Source: a virus (lineage: Duplodnaviria; Caudoviricetes). From it: a DNA stretch of 33,099 nucleotides. Below the pieces are notes generated by a model, which saw nothing but the letters and a program-made list of their open reading frames with translations, had not been told where the DNA came from and did not search any database. This document shows, piece after piece, positions 17,634-28,109 of this stretch (its first letter is position 1; each line of letters begins with the position of its first letter). The position numbers and the translations under genes are program-made. Where the stretch lies: positions 1 to 33,099 of IMG/VR virus record IMGVR_UViG_3300017780_006748; one strand, written 5' to 3'.

Positions 17634-18629
17634 TTAAGAATAAGAAGAACTAAATCCATAATAATTAGATACTATCCATGTTATTCCATCTATACTACTT
17701 GAATTAACACAAGTTAATCTAATAGTATCTCTATGAAAAAATTGTACATATCCTGTTATTCCTGGGGTAGTAGAGTAATATGAATCTATAATTTGTTGTT
17801 CTGCTAATGATTGGGAAAGATATAAATTATAAGGTGCTAAATCACCATTACCTGTTATTTCAATTATATCACCAACACTATATGATTCAGTAGGTAAAAA
17901 TAAAATTTTATCAGTTGATGGTGAAGTTGATCCACTAACTATTACTCTATAATTTCCTCCAGGGATAGTATAATATTGTGGAGAATCCCAATCCGTATAT
18001 ATATTTGTTAAATTTTGAGGTAAATTAATTATAAATGTTGAGGCATCTCCTTTTGTAAATTCTATTCCTGTAGATACAGCAGATGCTGTAATTAATAAAC
18101 TAGATGTGTTAGCTGTTCCAGAACCACTTATTTCAAATGTAATACCTGCTTGATTAATAGTAATGCCAGGTCCTGCTGCTAAATTAACATATGAAGCTGT
18201 TCCTAATAATGAACCAGTAAATGAACCAGTGAATGAACCAGTGTTATATGAGCCAGTAAAAGCGTTGAATACGGATACAGGAATAAAATTTGCTGATCCA
18301 CTTATTTCGAATGACGTGCCTACTTGATTAATTATAATATTATCTCCCGCTACTAAATCTACATAAGATGCTGTTAAAGCATTGCCTACATTTATATCAA
18401 TAGATGCGGAATGTTTTACTTCTCCAGTTGTTGGATCGTATGTTAATACATTAGTAGTAGGTGTTGTTGAAAGCCCATTAACATATACAGAACCAGTTAC
18501 TGTTAACGATCCAGATACAGTTATGTCATAGTCATCTGCTCCTGTTAAAGCATCTATACTTTGAGACACGTGCCATGCTCTTACTAGATAATTAGTTTCT
18601 ACACCTATTTGGGAGAGAGTTTTTGCCAT
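17634..18629 (-). CDS. Tail fibre-like protein, paralog 1
   Basis: Same N-terminal and TGSF architecture; C-terminal LPTESYSVGDIIEI...QQII...LTCV...WIV, reminiscent of T4 gp9/gp10/gp34-type fibre domains. Confidence 0.7.
   Translation of the reverse strand: MAKTLSQIGVETNYLVRAWHVSQSIDALTGADDYDITVSGSLTVTGSVYVNGLSTTPTTNVLTYDPTTGEVKHSASIDINVGNALTASYVDLVAGDNIIINQVGTSFEISGSANFIPVSVFNAFTGSYNTGSFTGSFTGSLLGTASYVNLAAGPGITINQAGITFEISGSGTANTSSLLITASAVSTGIEFTKGDASTFIINLPQNLTNIYTDWDSPQYYTIPGGNYRVIVSGSTSPSTDKILFLPTESYSVGDIIEITGNGDLAPYNLYLSQSLAEQQIIDSYYSTTPGITGYVQFFHRDTIRLTCVNSSSIDGITWIVSNYYGFSSSYS
18199..18260. repeat. 62-bp direct repeat, copy 2
   Basis: Matches 17203-17264; the three differences are synonymous third positions. 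Confidence 0.9.
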
Positions 18630-18642
18630 TGTTATTTATATA

Positions 18643-18652
18643 TTATAAATAT
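18643..18652 (-). promoter_or_regulatory. Recurrent ATATTTATAA motif (putative late promoter)
   Basis: Intergenic, 13 nt before the ATG at 18629; a TATAAATA also follows on the coding strand here. Confidence 0.55.
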
Positions 18653-18656
18653 GTGT

Positions 18657-19094
18657 TTATTCAAAATCTTTTCTAAAGTAACGTCCTTCTATATTGTCAT
18701 TATAGCTGTTAGCACGTAATACATCATATATACATTGAGTTGCTAGTTCATAGTAGGTGTGTATTTTTTTAGTAGGACATATAATTAAGATTTCTCTTAT
18801 AAATTTATCTTTTCCTAGTTGCTTTATATCGTCTAGTAAGAATTTATTACTACCCCAATATTCTACCCAGTTAGATTCTTTGATTACTTGTTTTTTAGTT
18901 GCTTTTCTACCGCGTTGAATTGGTTGTTCAGCAAGTTCTTTTTTACCCATTTTAACATTAGTAGTAGACATTAACTGTTTTTTACCAATATAAAATTTAC
19001 CTGTTTCTATATTTTTTATTTTATATATGAAACCGAATGTATTTTCAGGGAAATCTTCAATTTTTTCTATAACTTTATTTTGATATAACCACAT
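18657..19094 (-). CDS. Stand-alone GIY-YIG endonuclease
   Basis: FGFIYKIKNIETGKFYIGKK...YWGS...FIREIL...YYE...YNDNI. Confidence 0.85.
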   Translation of the reverse strand: MWLYQNKVIEKIEDFPENTFGFIYKIKNIETGKFYIGKKQLMSTTNVKMGKKELAEQPIQRGRKATKKQVIKESNWVEYWGSNKFLLDDIKQLGKDKFIREILIICPTKKIHTYYELATQCIYDVLRANSYNDNIEGRYFRKDFE

Positions 19095-19107
19095 ATTATT
19101 TTAATTT

Positions 19108-19476
19108 TTATACTTCTCCTAAATACACATTTACTACTTGTATTCCTTGTTTTTCTAGAAATGATTTAATGTATTTACTAATTTTGGATTTTTCAGAGTT
19201 TGGTAAAATATCTTGCTCAAATATAATTTCTTTATTTTTTTCTGGGTTAGAAGAGTATTTTAAAGATTCCCAAAAAAGATCAAGATAACTTAATGCACTA
19301 TATTTATACCATTTTTCTTCCTTCAATTCAATTATTATACTTTTCATTAAATGTCCGTTAGATGTTATATTTTTTTCTATAAATTCATCATCTATTAAGT
19401 CTGGAAGGGTAATTTCTTCATTTAATATTTTAGTAATTTCTTCTTTAATGATTTGTTTTAATTCTGATTTTTTCAT
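19108..19476 (-). CDS. Putative internal head protein with the canonical leader
   Basis: MKKSELKQIIKEEITKILNEE. Confidence 0.6.
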   Translation of the reverse strand: MKKSELKQIIKEEITKILNEEITLPDLIDDEFIEKNITSNGHLMKSIIIELKEEKWYKYSALSYLDLFWESLKYSSNPEKNKEIIFEQDILPNSEKSKISKYIKSFLEKQGIQVVNVYLGEV

Positions 19477-19477
19477 T

Positions 19478-20452
19478 TTATCTATCTAAATTTATTAATA
19501 TATTCATATCTGTGGTAGGAGATGAAGGTAATGGTTGTGATAATTTACCTACAGCTAGTAAATCTTGATTACTGTTATATAAACCAATAGTTGTTATATA
19601 TGGTGAAAAAGCAGAGCCAGTAGCAAAATCATATACTACCTCATTGGTACTACCTGATAATAGAGAAGGATTTAAACTAAAAGTAAATTCACTTTCTCTT
19701 ATATTACATTTATATTGAGTCTCATATATAGTAAATGTACTAGCAAAAGACATAGTAATAATTGATGATGAAATAAATGTATTGTAAATATCTATTGACG
19801 AAGTTGTTCCAACATTTGAAAGTTGTGACGTAGTAAGAGCTACTATTCCGTGAGCATAAATTATATTACCTACTATTCCTAAATTGGTAGCAAAATAGTT
19901 TGAATTTACATAATCTATATCTACATAAGGAGAAGTAAAGTAATACACATTTCCCTCACCATCATCTGCTAAACTACCACTTGGAGAATTTAATATAAAG
20001 CTTTTTGCTCTTATTTGTTCTCCAAATAAAGGCATAGGAATAGATATAACACCTATTTCATCTCCTGAACCTGTAGGAAAGTATCTGTATGGTACTAAAG
20101 TAGACTGTAAATAATTTTCGTAACTTGGTTGTTGATTGTTGGCTTGAATTTGAACTCCATTTTCTGTTATAGTTAATGTAGCTTCATCTCCTTTACTTGA
20201 AGAAAGAAAATTAGTATAGTATAGTTCTTTAACAGAATTATATACTAATCTTTGATATGAACCGGTATTAAATTGCCCAGTAGTTGGATCAGTAATAGGA
20301 CTAAAAAGCCCACTAATGTTTTTACCTATAAATCTATCTATTGCTACGTCAGTAGATGTTAATTCTCCCTCCCCAGTAAATCTAAAATTTTTATTTACAG
20401 GAAATGGAGTAACTAATATATCTTGAGCTAAAAATTGCTTAAATGCTGTCAT
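19478..20452 (-). CDS. Baseplate / tail-collar-like structural protein, paralog B
   Basis: C-terminal YITTIGLYNSNQDLLAVGKLSQPL...INLD, shared with 20456-21472. Confidence 0.6.
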   Translation of the reverse strand: MTAFKQFLAQDILVTPFPVNKNFRFTGEGELTSTDVAIDRFIGKNISGLFSPITDPTTGQFNTGSYQRLVYNSVKELYYTNFLSSSKGDEATLTITENGVQIQANNQQPSYENYLQSTLVPYRYFPTGSGDEIGVISIPMPLFGEQIRAKSFILNSPSGSLADDGEGNVYYFTSPYVDIDYVNSNYFATNLGIVGNIIYAHGIVALTTSQLSNVGTTSSIDIYNTFISSSIITMSFASTFTIYETQYKCNIRESEFTFSLNPSLLSGSTNEVVYDFATGSAFSPYITTIGLYNSNQDLLAVGKLSQPLPSSPTTDMNILINLDR

Positions 20453-20455
20453 TCA

Positions 20456-21472
20456 TTAGAAATCTAATTTAACTCTAACTAGCATTTCTTTTGTAAAATC
20501 TTTCTTTAAAGGTCTTGATAATTTAGCAACGGCCAATAATTCATTGGTGTCGTTATATAAACCTATAGTAGTAGGGAATGTTTGGGGATTATTTATAAAA
20601 TCATTATATATTACAACACCATTACTACCCGAAATAAAGCTTGGGTTTTCAGAGTAATTATATTCTGCGTTTCTAGCTCTAACAAATACGAAATCTGAGG
20701 TTAAGGTTTCTTGTGAATTTAAAGTAAATTGAGATCCAGTTACTATTGAATTAAATAGTCTTATTGGATTTAATCCATCTGAATTATTAGTTCTAGATGT
20801 TATAAATGAAATTCCTCCATTAGCTGGTGTAGAACCTATAGCTGCGGGATTTAAAATTAAAGTTGATATATCTGGTAAGAACCATCCATATGAACCTGAT
20901 CCTACAGACCAACCATTAGTATTTTTTGATGTATTAATAGTTCCTGCTGATCCACTAATTAAATTGTAAATACGTCCTGCATCTTTAAATACATTAGATG
21001 TTGTATATCTAGAATCGTCAGTTAATGTTAGAGAATTACTTCCTGAGGTTAGTACTAATGTTAATGATCCTGGAAATAAAGATTCTTTGTATCTATTTCT
21101 TTCTATTGATATAACATAAAAATTAGGAGAGGTATAATTTCCAAAAGTAAATGATTCTAATTCACTACCTAAAACTAATGTTCTATATTGACCATAAATG
21201 GTTCTAGTTGGAGAAAGTTCAGGAACACTTGAATCATATAATTGACTACCGCTACCTAAAATATCACCATAAGTTATATCAAATTGAACTTCAGCATCAA
21301 TATTAGCTGATGATGTTTGGTAAACACTTACATAATATTCACCACTGCTAGCAATTTGAGTAGTATCTGTGTAAAATTCAGTTAATGTTGGGTTATAACC
21401 TGACCATAAAGCTGAGGTTATTGATTCAGCTGATATTAAGAAATCCTGAGGATCTAATCTAGTAAATGACAT
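20456..21472 (-). CDS. Baseplate / tail-collar-like structural protein, paralog A
   Basis: C-terminal PTTIGLYNDTNELLAVAKLSRPLKK...VRVKLDF. Confidence 0.6.
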   Translation of the reverse strand: MSFTRLDPQDFLISAESITSALWSGYNPTLTEFYTDTTQIASSGEYYVSVYQTSSANIDAEVQFDITYGDILGSGSQLYDSSVPELSPTRTIYGQYRTLVLGSELESFTFGNYTSPNFYVISIERNRYKESLFPGSLTLVLTSGSNSLTLTDDSRYTTSNVFKDAGRIYNLISGSAGTINTSKNTNGWSVGSGSYGWFLPDISTLILNPAAIGSTPANGGISFITSRTNNSDGLNPIRLFNSIVTGSQFTLNSQETLTSDFVFVRARNAEYNYSENPSFISGSNGVVIYNDFINNPQTFPTTIGLYNDTNELLAVAKLSRPLKKDFTKEMLVRVKLDF

Positions 21473-21483
21473 ATTTTATTTTA

Positions 21484-22140
21484 TTATTGAGTTTTTTTAA
21501 CTGTTACTGGGATTGTTAATCTTGCACCACTATCTCTACCTATTATAGTTAATGAAGCATATAATTCTGTTGCAGTTCCAAATAATGTATTAACAGTAGT
21601 TGCCGTTAAGTTTATAGTAGTACCAACAACTGTTTTAGATACATTAGTTCCTATAGTAACTGTAGAATTTAGATTTTGAGCAGCTGGGGTTTGAATACCT
21701 ACACCCGTAAATGAACTAAATAATCGAACATCTGAAATAGTAGCTGTGTAACCCGATGATTCAAATGTTTGGTTTCCACCTAAATAATTTAAAGTTTGAG
21801 GAGTAATAGCTAATACAGCACCTTGTTTTATTACTACTGAAGCATAACCTAAATCTAGGATAGGCATTTTAGATGTACCTCTAGGTAAAGTTACCAATTT
21901 ATATTTCATAATTTGGGTTTCGTCAGGAAATGCTTCTAACAATGGCATATTTTCTATAGCTTGACCATAGTAAGCTGAACCGGACGGGTGATTTGGATTA
22001 TATAATGTATAATCTATTTCATCATCAGCTAGTGAGAATTGAGTAATTTTGAATGTGCCGTCGCCTTTAGCTAAAAGCTCACGGCCCTTTTTTGTTAGAA
22101 TCGCATCTACTGTTATAGTTGAATTGTTTAAGTATCCCAT
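21484..22140 (-). CDS. Baseplate / tail-collar-like structural protein
   Basis: N-terminal AILTKKGRELLAKG...KITQFSLADD resembles the start of tail-collar fibre (DUF3751-like) domains. Confidence 0.6.
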   Translation of the reverse strand: MGYLNNSTITVDAILTKKGRELLAKGDGTFKITQFSLADDEIDYTLYNPNHPSGSAYYGQAIENMPLLEAFPDETQIMKYKLVTLPRGTSKMPILDLGYASVVIKQGAVLAITPQTLNYLGGNQTFESSGYTATISDVRLFSSFTGVGIQTPAAQNLNSTVTIGTNVSKTVVGTTINLTATTVNTLFGTATELYASLTIIGRDSGARLTIPVTVKKTQ

Positions 22141-22157
22141 TTTTTATTGTATTTTAT

Positions 22158-22167
22158 TTATAAATAT
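22158..22167 (-). promoter_or_regulatory. Recurrent ATATTTATAA motif (putative late promoter)
   Basis: Intergenic, 17 nt before the ATG at 22140; overlaps the palindrome TATTTATAAATA (22155-22166). Confidence 0.55.
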
Positions 22168-22169
22168 TA

Positions 22170-24515
22170 TTAAATTAAGCCTTTTTGTTGAAGACTGGCA
22201 ATTATGGTTGGTAAGTTTTCTTTTATTTTATCTGTTGGGAATTCTGGGAATAAAAAGCCCCCACTTACATTTGTAGTGAATGGTGCATCTAATGTAACTC
22301 CATTTCCAACATCTATTGATTTTCTTCGTATTGTAAAATGACTTGGGTTTAATGTAATTATTGTATTTGGTACCTCATGGTCTAAAGTTACTTTAATTGT
22401 TGGTATATTAGAAGCACTACTTGTTGGTTCAACTGATACTACTTTATATACATTATTTTGTGATTCTTGATATTCAAATCTAAATTCATCTTCTGGTAAA
22501 ATAGTAAATATTTTATTAGAATTTATAAATCCTGAATTAGGAATAGGTTGTTGAAGAAAACTATCATATGCTTCTGCTATTTGAGCTGAACTAGTTATTA
22601 CACTTCTATTGAAAGAATCTACTGACCAAAATGAGGCAGTTGCAGGGGCTATAGCTATCCCAGAGGTATTAATTTGAAATTGTCCTTGATATATATCATT
22701 GGGGCCATAGTATGTAGCAGCACTATTTTTTTTAAATAAAATATATATGCTATCATTAATATCGGGTGTAAAAGTATGTGATATTGATAGAGATTGACCT
22801 GAACCAATAGGGGGGTATGAAAAATATGTTGATTTGATAGGTATAGGTCCACCAACTGACCCACTTTTTATAATTTCAATGTAAAAAGTAAATGATCCTG
22901 GGTTTGTTGTACCATTAAAAACTAGAGCACTATATGTTATAGTAACGGCACTAGCTGGTGTTTGGCCATTAAATTTAAAATATGATGGTGTAGCTCCAGT
23001 TCCTGGAGTTACCACAACATTGGATGAATTATAGTAATCCCCTTCTGTTTTAAATCCAGTAAATGGCCCCATTGATCCTAATAAACCTAATTCATAATTA
23101 GCTGGGGATGTTGCAAAATTTAAAGAAACTGTGTTTTGATTAATAGTACTATTATAATTAGGAATATTAGATCCTGAACTTCCATCAAAATTTATAAAAT
23201 CTATATAATTTGACCACTGTAGTGGGGCAGATGATGATAGACTAGATAATATAGGTTGATAAAATTGTCCAGATAATAATATAGATTGAGTATTGTTATA
23301 TATAGTATTTTCGTTGTTAAGAAAACTAGCATATGCTTTTTTACCCACTTCAAACGAACCTATTAAATTTTGATAAGTAGGGACTTGAGTATTTAAATTA
23401 TATGCTTCACCATTTTCATCAATTAAATATTTTAATTCTAAAGTTGTTTTATTTTTTAAAATAGGAGCAGTATTAATTATTTTATTAAAATATAAAAAAT
23501 ACGGAGTAGTTCTTTCAACATTTGGTTTTAAACCTAAACCCCCACCATATGTCTCCCCGGGTACAGTATTTACAGGATAAGTATTTAAATTAAAACCAGG
23601 ACTAATAGTTCTACTACCTACATATCTAGGATATATAGATCTTAATAATTCATAATTATATTGTTTAACATTAGATTTAGTTCCTGATCCTGACAGTATT
23701 AATTCAAAATCCCTTTCAGGTAAAACATATTCTACGTAGTCTACTTTAGAGTAGTGAGGATTTTCTATTACATCAGATGCATTTCCATATAATGGATTTT
23801 CATTGTTTTCTTCAGCAATATATAATATTGTATCGTTTCCTGATCCACTAACTCCAAATGTTGGAGGTTGATTTTGGTTTATATAAAAATTAGCTTGTGA
23901 AGATGTAAAATCAGAAGTTGTACTACTAGCTATATAAGTAACGTATGTTTCTCCTTTTACAGGATAAAATAGTCCTTGGAGTGAAAAACTTGTTGGTGGT
24001 GTTGATGTAACAGCTGTAGGAGAAGTACTTAATATTGTTTGGTAATTTCCTATTGATAATTGTTTAGCAAAAATTAATTGAGCATCTGATGCTCCAACAT
24101 TTGATTTAACAGCGGCCGATGCAGTAATATATATTATTGTGTTAGGAGTGTATCCTAATGTATATTCTCCACTTGATGGATTAAAGTATCCTAATGAGTT
24201 AAGTGATGAAACTCCATCATATATTAAAATACTACCTGTTTGAGAAGTATTTCTTGATGATTGTACTCTATAATCACGCATGTAATTATCTGCACTATAA
24301 GCTAATGTGTTAACACCTCCATATCCTTGAAATTTAATTTGAAATTGAAAATATGTAGAGTATTCTACTTTAGAAAGAACTTCAAAAGTTATAGGAGCAA
24401 TATCTGAGTAATTAAGAGTAAATCTTAATAGTTTAGATATATTTGATGAAATATCGTCTCCAGTAACGTCTTGTTTAGAAATTTTAACAGATGCTATGTA
24501 GTAACCAATCGCCAT
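22170..24515 (-). CDS. 781-aa Ser/Thr/Asn-rich virion structural protein (baseplate/fibre)
   Basis: Composition typical of beta-rich virion proteins; lies between baseplate genes. Confidence 0.6.
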   Translation of the reverse strand: MAIGYYIASVKISKQDVTGDDISSNISKLLRFTLNYSDIAPITFEVLSKVEYSTYFQFQIKFQGYGGVNTLAYSADNYMRDYRVQSSRNTSQTGSILIYDGVSSLNSLGYFNPSSGEYTLGYTPNTIIYITASAAVKSNVGASDAQLIFAKQLSIGNYQTILSTSPTAVTSTPPTSFSLQGLFYPVKGETYVTYIASSTTSDFTSSQANFYINQNQPPTFGVSGSGNDTILYIAEENNENPLYGNASDVIENPHYSKVDYVEYVLPERDFELILSGSGTKSNVKQYNYELLRSIYPRYVGSRTISPGFNLNTYPVNTVPGETYGGGLGLKPNVERTTPYFLYFNKIINTAPILKNKTTLELKYLIDENGEAYNLNTQVPTYQNLIGSFEVGKKAYASFLNNENTIYNNTQSILLSGQFYQPILSSLSSSAPLQWSNYIDFINFDGSSGSNIPNYNSTINQNTVSLNFATSPANYELGLLGSMGPFTGFKTEGDYYNSSNVVVTPGTGATPSYFKFNGQTPASAVTITYSALVFNGTTNPGSFTFYIEIIKSGSVGGPIPIKSTYFSYPPIGSGQSLSISHTFTPDINDSIYILFKKNSAATYYGPNDIYQGQFQINTSGIAIAPATASFWSVDSFNRSVITSSAQIAEAYDSFLQQPIPNSGFINSNKIFTILPEDEFRFEYQESQNNVYKVVSVEPTSSASNIPTIKVTLDHEVPNTIITLNPSHFTIRRKSIDVGNGVTLDAPFTTNVSGGFLFPEFPTDKIKENLPTIIASLQQKGLI

Positions 24516-24518
24516 TTT

Positions 24519-27500
24519 TTAGTAAGTTATTTGATCTATGAATATTAATATCTCACCCGGGTCAGGAGCGGTATTTGGATTGTAAAAATTAGTACTAGAT
24601 ATAACATTAATTTTATATAAAACAGGAGTATATTTAAATAATTTTACATTATTAAATAATGTGGCCCCTATTGATAAATTTTTAAGTGCTATAGGTATTT
24701 CTGTTCCTTTAAATTCTCCAGTATAAAACTCATCTTTATAACTGTGGCTAATATATGAAAGACCTTTTGGACCATCAAATTCAGATATCCAACTTTGTGT
24801 AATATTTATAGCTCCAGGATACGAAAAACTACTAGAGTTAGATTCTCCTAATGTTGGAAATACTCCGCCTGAATCTCCTTCAACTTTATAAAGTTTATTT
24901 TCTTCATAATCGTATGGGAAAGATTTTACTGATGCTGAAAATTCATTATGAAATTCATAAGATGTTTGAGCGGGTGAGTATCTATTTCTTTCTAGTAAAT
25001 GTTGTTTAATGACAACACCTGATGCTAAATTTGTTCTAGCCGGTATGAAATCTTTAATTAGTTTAAATAATGAATTGTCAAAATACTTAATTAATCGTAC
25101 ATAATCTTTTAAATCATATCTTCCTTGATACTTAGAAAAATACATATCCCTTATTTTATTAAAATCAGGGTATTGATTAGCATTAGTATTAATTAGTTGT
25201 CTTGGATCGCCTATATATTCTCCTATATTAAAATATCCCAATTGAGAAATTATATCATCATTTATTTCGTTTTGTGGAGAAAAGGCTACTTCTAAGTAAC
25301 TATTGTTTTTTGTATAACTTTCACTTATAGGAAAACTTTGTTGAATTGATATAAATGAAGATAAAGTATCTCCATCAGGTAAAATATTGTCTACTATTTT
25401 TATTTTATCAGAAATAGCATTTTTTACACCTGCAGGAAATTGATCAAAATATATTGTTTCTCTATTAGCTGCAAACGAATATGAACCACTTAAATAATAT
25501 AAACTCCCAGATGCAGCATAAGATCCTGTAGAAGGGTATGTAGTGTAAGATGGATGTAATGATATTCTAGTTGTTGAGGAGTTATTATCTAAAACACTAC
25601 CTAATGGAGCTCTAAATATTAATGAATTTAAAGACGATTGAGAACCCATTAATTGATTTCCTTCAATTGAATATGGATTCATTACATAATCATCAAAAAC
25701 ACTTTCACTTATAGCAATATTATACATTCTTAATTCTTGAAATGAACCTGAGAATGGAGTATATGTTTTTCCTGCTATTGTTATGTTGTTGGGGGAAGAT
25801 AAATAAAATTGGTTGCTTCCACTTACTGTAATCCAATGTTGTGAACCTGTAAAACTGTCTGACGCTTGAAATCCTATTTGTGAACCGTCATATCCATCAT
25901 ATATTTTATTTTTAGCGTATAAACTATTAGTATAAACAGATGAAGAATTTGTAGTAACTAATACTGACCACCAACCTCCATCGAAGAAAGGTAAGTAAAC
26001 ACTAGCTGAAGTATTTGTAACGTTGTCAATTAATTTTAAAGTTGCATATTGATTATAAAGATCTGGTATCGAACCAGTATATGATGCTGTAGCGTATCCA
26101 CTACCAGTATATTCTAAAACTAAGTTTAAAGAAGAACTTGGAGATATATAAGCTAAAGATTGACTAAAGCTTGAAGTTGTAGGTATTCCTGTGGTTTTAA
26201 ATCTTACTTCGAATGAAAGAGAATCTTCAGGATTTATACTAATTGGGCTGTAAAGAGCTCCTTCATAGTAAGATAAATGGTAATAATAATTATCTGCTAT
26301 ATCAAAAGTAACATATCCTGAGCCTGTAGAGTAGAATTCATAATTAAATTGGTTTTGAAAATAGTCCCAATCATTACTATTGTTTTTGTCTTTTCCTCCA
26401 TATTCATTAATTCGTAATATAGTATCAGGGATACCATATAATGTAATTAACGCTCTAAGACCTTCTATCGTACCTTTTTTCTTAAGTAAGTAAGGAATAT
26501 TGTGATAAATTCTTTTATATGTTTCAGCATTTATATCGTTAAGAGGTATTAATGAACTAGTAGCAGAAGCAGTTACATAATTTGTAATTAATTCACCACT
26601 TGTATTTAACATATAACCACCATCAGGTGTAATACCTAAAAATGCAGCATATAAATCATCAGATGAAAAGTTGTTTTGATATATTTTTACACCTAAATCT
26701 CTAATAGCTTGTGCTACCATATCTTTTGAAATACCATAATCTAATCTATTATCAGCATCAAATTTATTAGTAACATCCTTTAAATATACCCATATATTAT
26801 CAAAATGTTGTCCAATCATTTGAACGAACAAAAAGTATTGATCATTATTTGGATCTTCTCTTAAATATGTAGGTATAGTGTTTAATAAAGCGTTATTGTT
26901 TTCTAAATCAAAATATGAAGCAGAATTAGATTGTGAAGTAAACCAATTTATTGCTACTGATGAAGTAGTAGAATAATTTAGGTATGGTGATACAGAATTA
27001 GTTTTAGGCCAAGCATAACTTTCGGATGTGTAATATAAATAATATTCATATCCATCAAAATTAGTTATTATATCATTTATCTTGTTATCCCATATTACTT
27101 GATTAGCAGTTACAAACGAACTAGCAGAAATAGAAGATGAAGGATTTGAAAAACTACCACTAACTGTATATTCTTCAATTAATGCTAATTTATAATAAAA
27201 ATTTTCTAATCTAGTTTGTGCTGATGAGAAATGTACAAAATTAGAATATTCAGAATAGTCTATATTAATTTCTATTCCTTTATCTGCTAATATACTGTTA
27301 ATTTGATATAGTAAACTACCTGATCCTGCAGTTGAAGAGTTTTGGTTTAATGTAGTTTGATTAGTGTATACTGTAGAGTTATTGATTTGGTCTTGTACAT
27401 CTAAATTGAAATTCGGGCTACCAATATAGTTTGGTTGTTCAGTAAAATTATATACTGTATTTAATTCAATTTTGTATGCTTTAGACTCAGCGGTCTGTCC

Positions 27501-28109
27501 TACAACCCAACATTGGGATTGAATATCAAATTCACTAGGTAATGGCTCATATAACTTAATTAAAACTGTTGGGTTAATACTAGTAACAGTGTCTAAAGCT
27601 ATGTTATTAGCTATTATTAATTTATTATTTCCAAAATTTAAATAAAAATATTTATATTCAATTACCTCATTATTTATTTCAGAAATAATGTCATTAGTAC
27701 CATTGATTACATTTAAATCTGAGATACTGACTGTTTCTAATCTTAATTCAGTTCTGTCACCACTTATATCTTTAATATAAAATGTTTCTTCTGCGGAAGA
27801 AAATAATTTTCTTTTTAAAAAGTTATATATTGTATAATATTGACCTTCATCAAAACCTTGTATTTCTAAATCAGCTTGTGGGTTAATTTTTATAACAGTA
27901 TCTTGAATTCTATAATTAGGATACCCAAGCACATTACTAAATAAAACATTTTTATTTAGATCTAAAATAAAATACTCTAAATAATCTTCTGACGGGTTAA
28001 AAGTAACATTTGATGTAAAATTACGTATAAGAGATTCGTCACTCACAGAATAGTTCTGGAGTTGAAATGTATTTGGATCTATATTTTGAACATTAACTAT
28101 TTTATCCAT
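24519..28109 (-). CDS. 1196-aa baseplate wedge-like protein with a LamG/ConA-like domain
   Basis: IPYLLKKKGTIEGLRALITLYG is a wedge (P2 gpI / T4 gp7-like) KGT motif. SFEVRFKT...DGGWWSVLVT...FSGSFQELRMYNIAIS is a LamG-like signature (about 25690-26220). Confidence 0.65.
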   Translation of the reverse strand: MDKIVNVQNIDPNTFQLQNYSVSDESLIRNFTSNVTFNPSEDYLEYFILDLNKNVLFSNVLGYPNYRIQDTVIKINPQADLEIQGFDEGQYYTIYNFLKRKLFSSAEETFYIKDISGDRTELRLETVSISDLNVINGTNDIISEINNEVIEYKYFYLNFGNNKLIIANNIALDTVTSINPTVLIKLYEPLPSEFDIQSQCWVVGQTAESKAYKIELNTVYNFTEQPNYIGSPNFNLDVQDQINNSTVYTNQTTLNQNSSTAGSGSLLYQINSILADKGIEINIDYSEYSNFVHFSSAQTRLENFYYKLALIEEYTVSGSFSNPSSSISASSFVTANQVIWDNKINDIITNFDGYEYYLYYTSESYAWPKTNSVSPYLNYSTTSSVAINWFTSQSNSASYFDLENNNALLNTIPTYLREDPNNDQYFLFVQMIGQHFDNIWVYLKDVTNKFDADNRLDYGISKDMVAQAIRDLGVKIYQNNFSSDDLYAAFLGITPDGGYMLNTSGELITNYVTASATSSLIPLNDINAETYKRIYHNIPYLLKKKGTIEGLRALITLYGIPDTILRINEYGGKDKNNSNDWDYFQNQFNYEFYSTGSGYVTFDIADNYYYHLSYYEGALYSPISINPEDSLSFEVRFKTTGIPTTSSFSQSLAYISPSSSLNLVLEYTGSGYATASYTGSIPDLYNQYATLKLIDNVTNTSASVYLPFFDGGWWSVLVTTNSSSVYTNSLYAKNKIYDGYDGSQIGFQASDSFTGSQHWITVSGSNQFYLSSPNNITIAGKTYTPFSGSFQELRMYNIAISESVFDDYVMNPYSIEGNQLMGSQSSLNSLIFRAPLGSVLDNNSSTTRISLHPSYTTYPSTGSYAASGSLYYLSGSYSFAANRETIYFDQFPAGVKNAISDKIKIVDNILPDGDTLSSFISIQQSFPISESYTKNNSYLEVAFSPQNEINDDIISQLGYFNIGEYIGDPRQLINTNANQYPDFNKIRDMYFSKYQGRYDLKDYVRLIKYFDNSLFKLIKDFIPARTNLASGVVIKQHLLERNRYSPAQTSYEFHNEFSASVKSFPYDYEENKLYKVEGDSGGVFPTLGESNSSSFSYPGAINITQSWISEFDGPKGLSYISHSYKDEFYTGEFKGTEIPIALKNLSIGATLFNNVKLFKYTPVLYKINVISSTNFYNPNTAPDPGEILIFIDQITY

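Noticed and set aside
17203-18260. CRISPR array or DGR template/variable repeat pair
   Set aside because: The repeats are in-frame coding units without spacers, the differences are synonymous and mid-gene, and no reverse transcriptase or cas operon is visible.
22655-22864. Nested 69-aa minus-strand ORF
   Set aside because: Alternative frame wholly inside the 781-aa gene, with no motif or independent signal.
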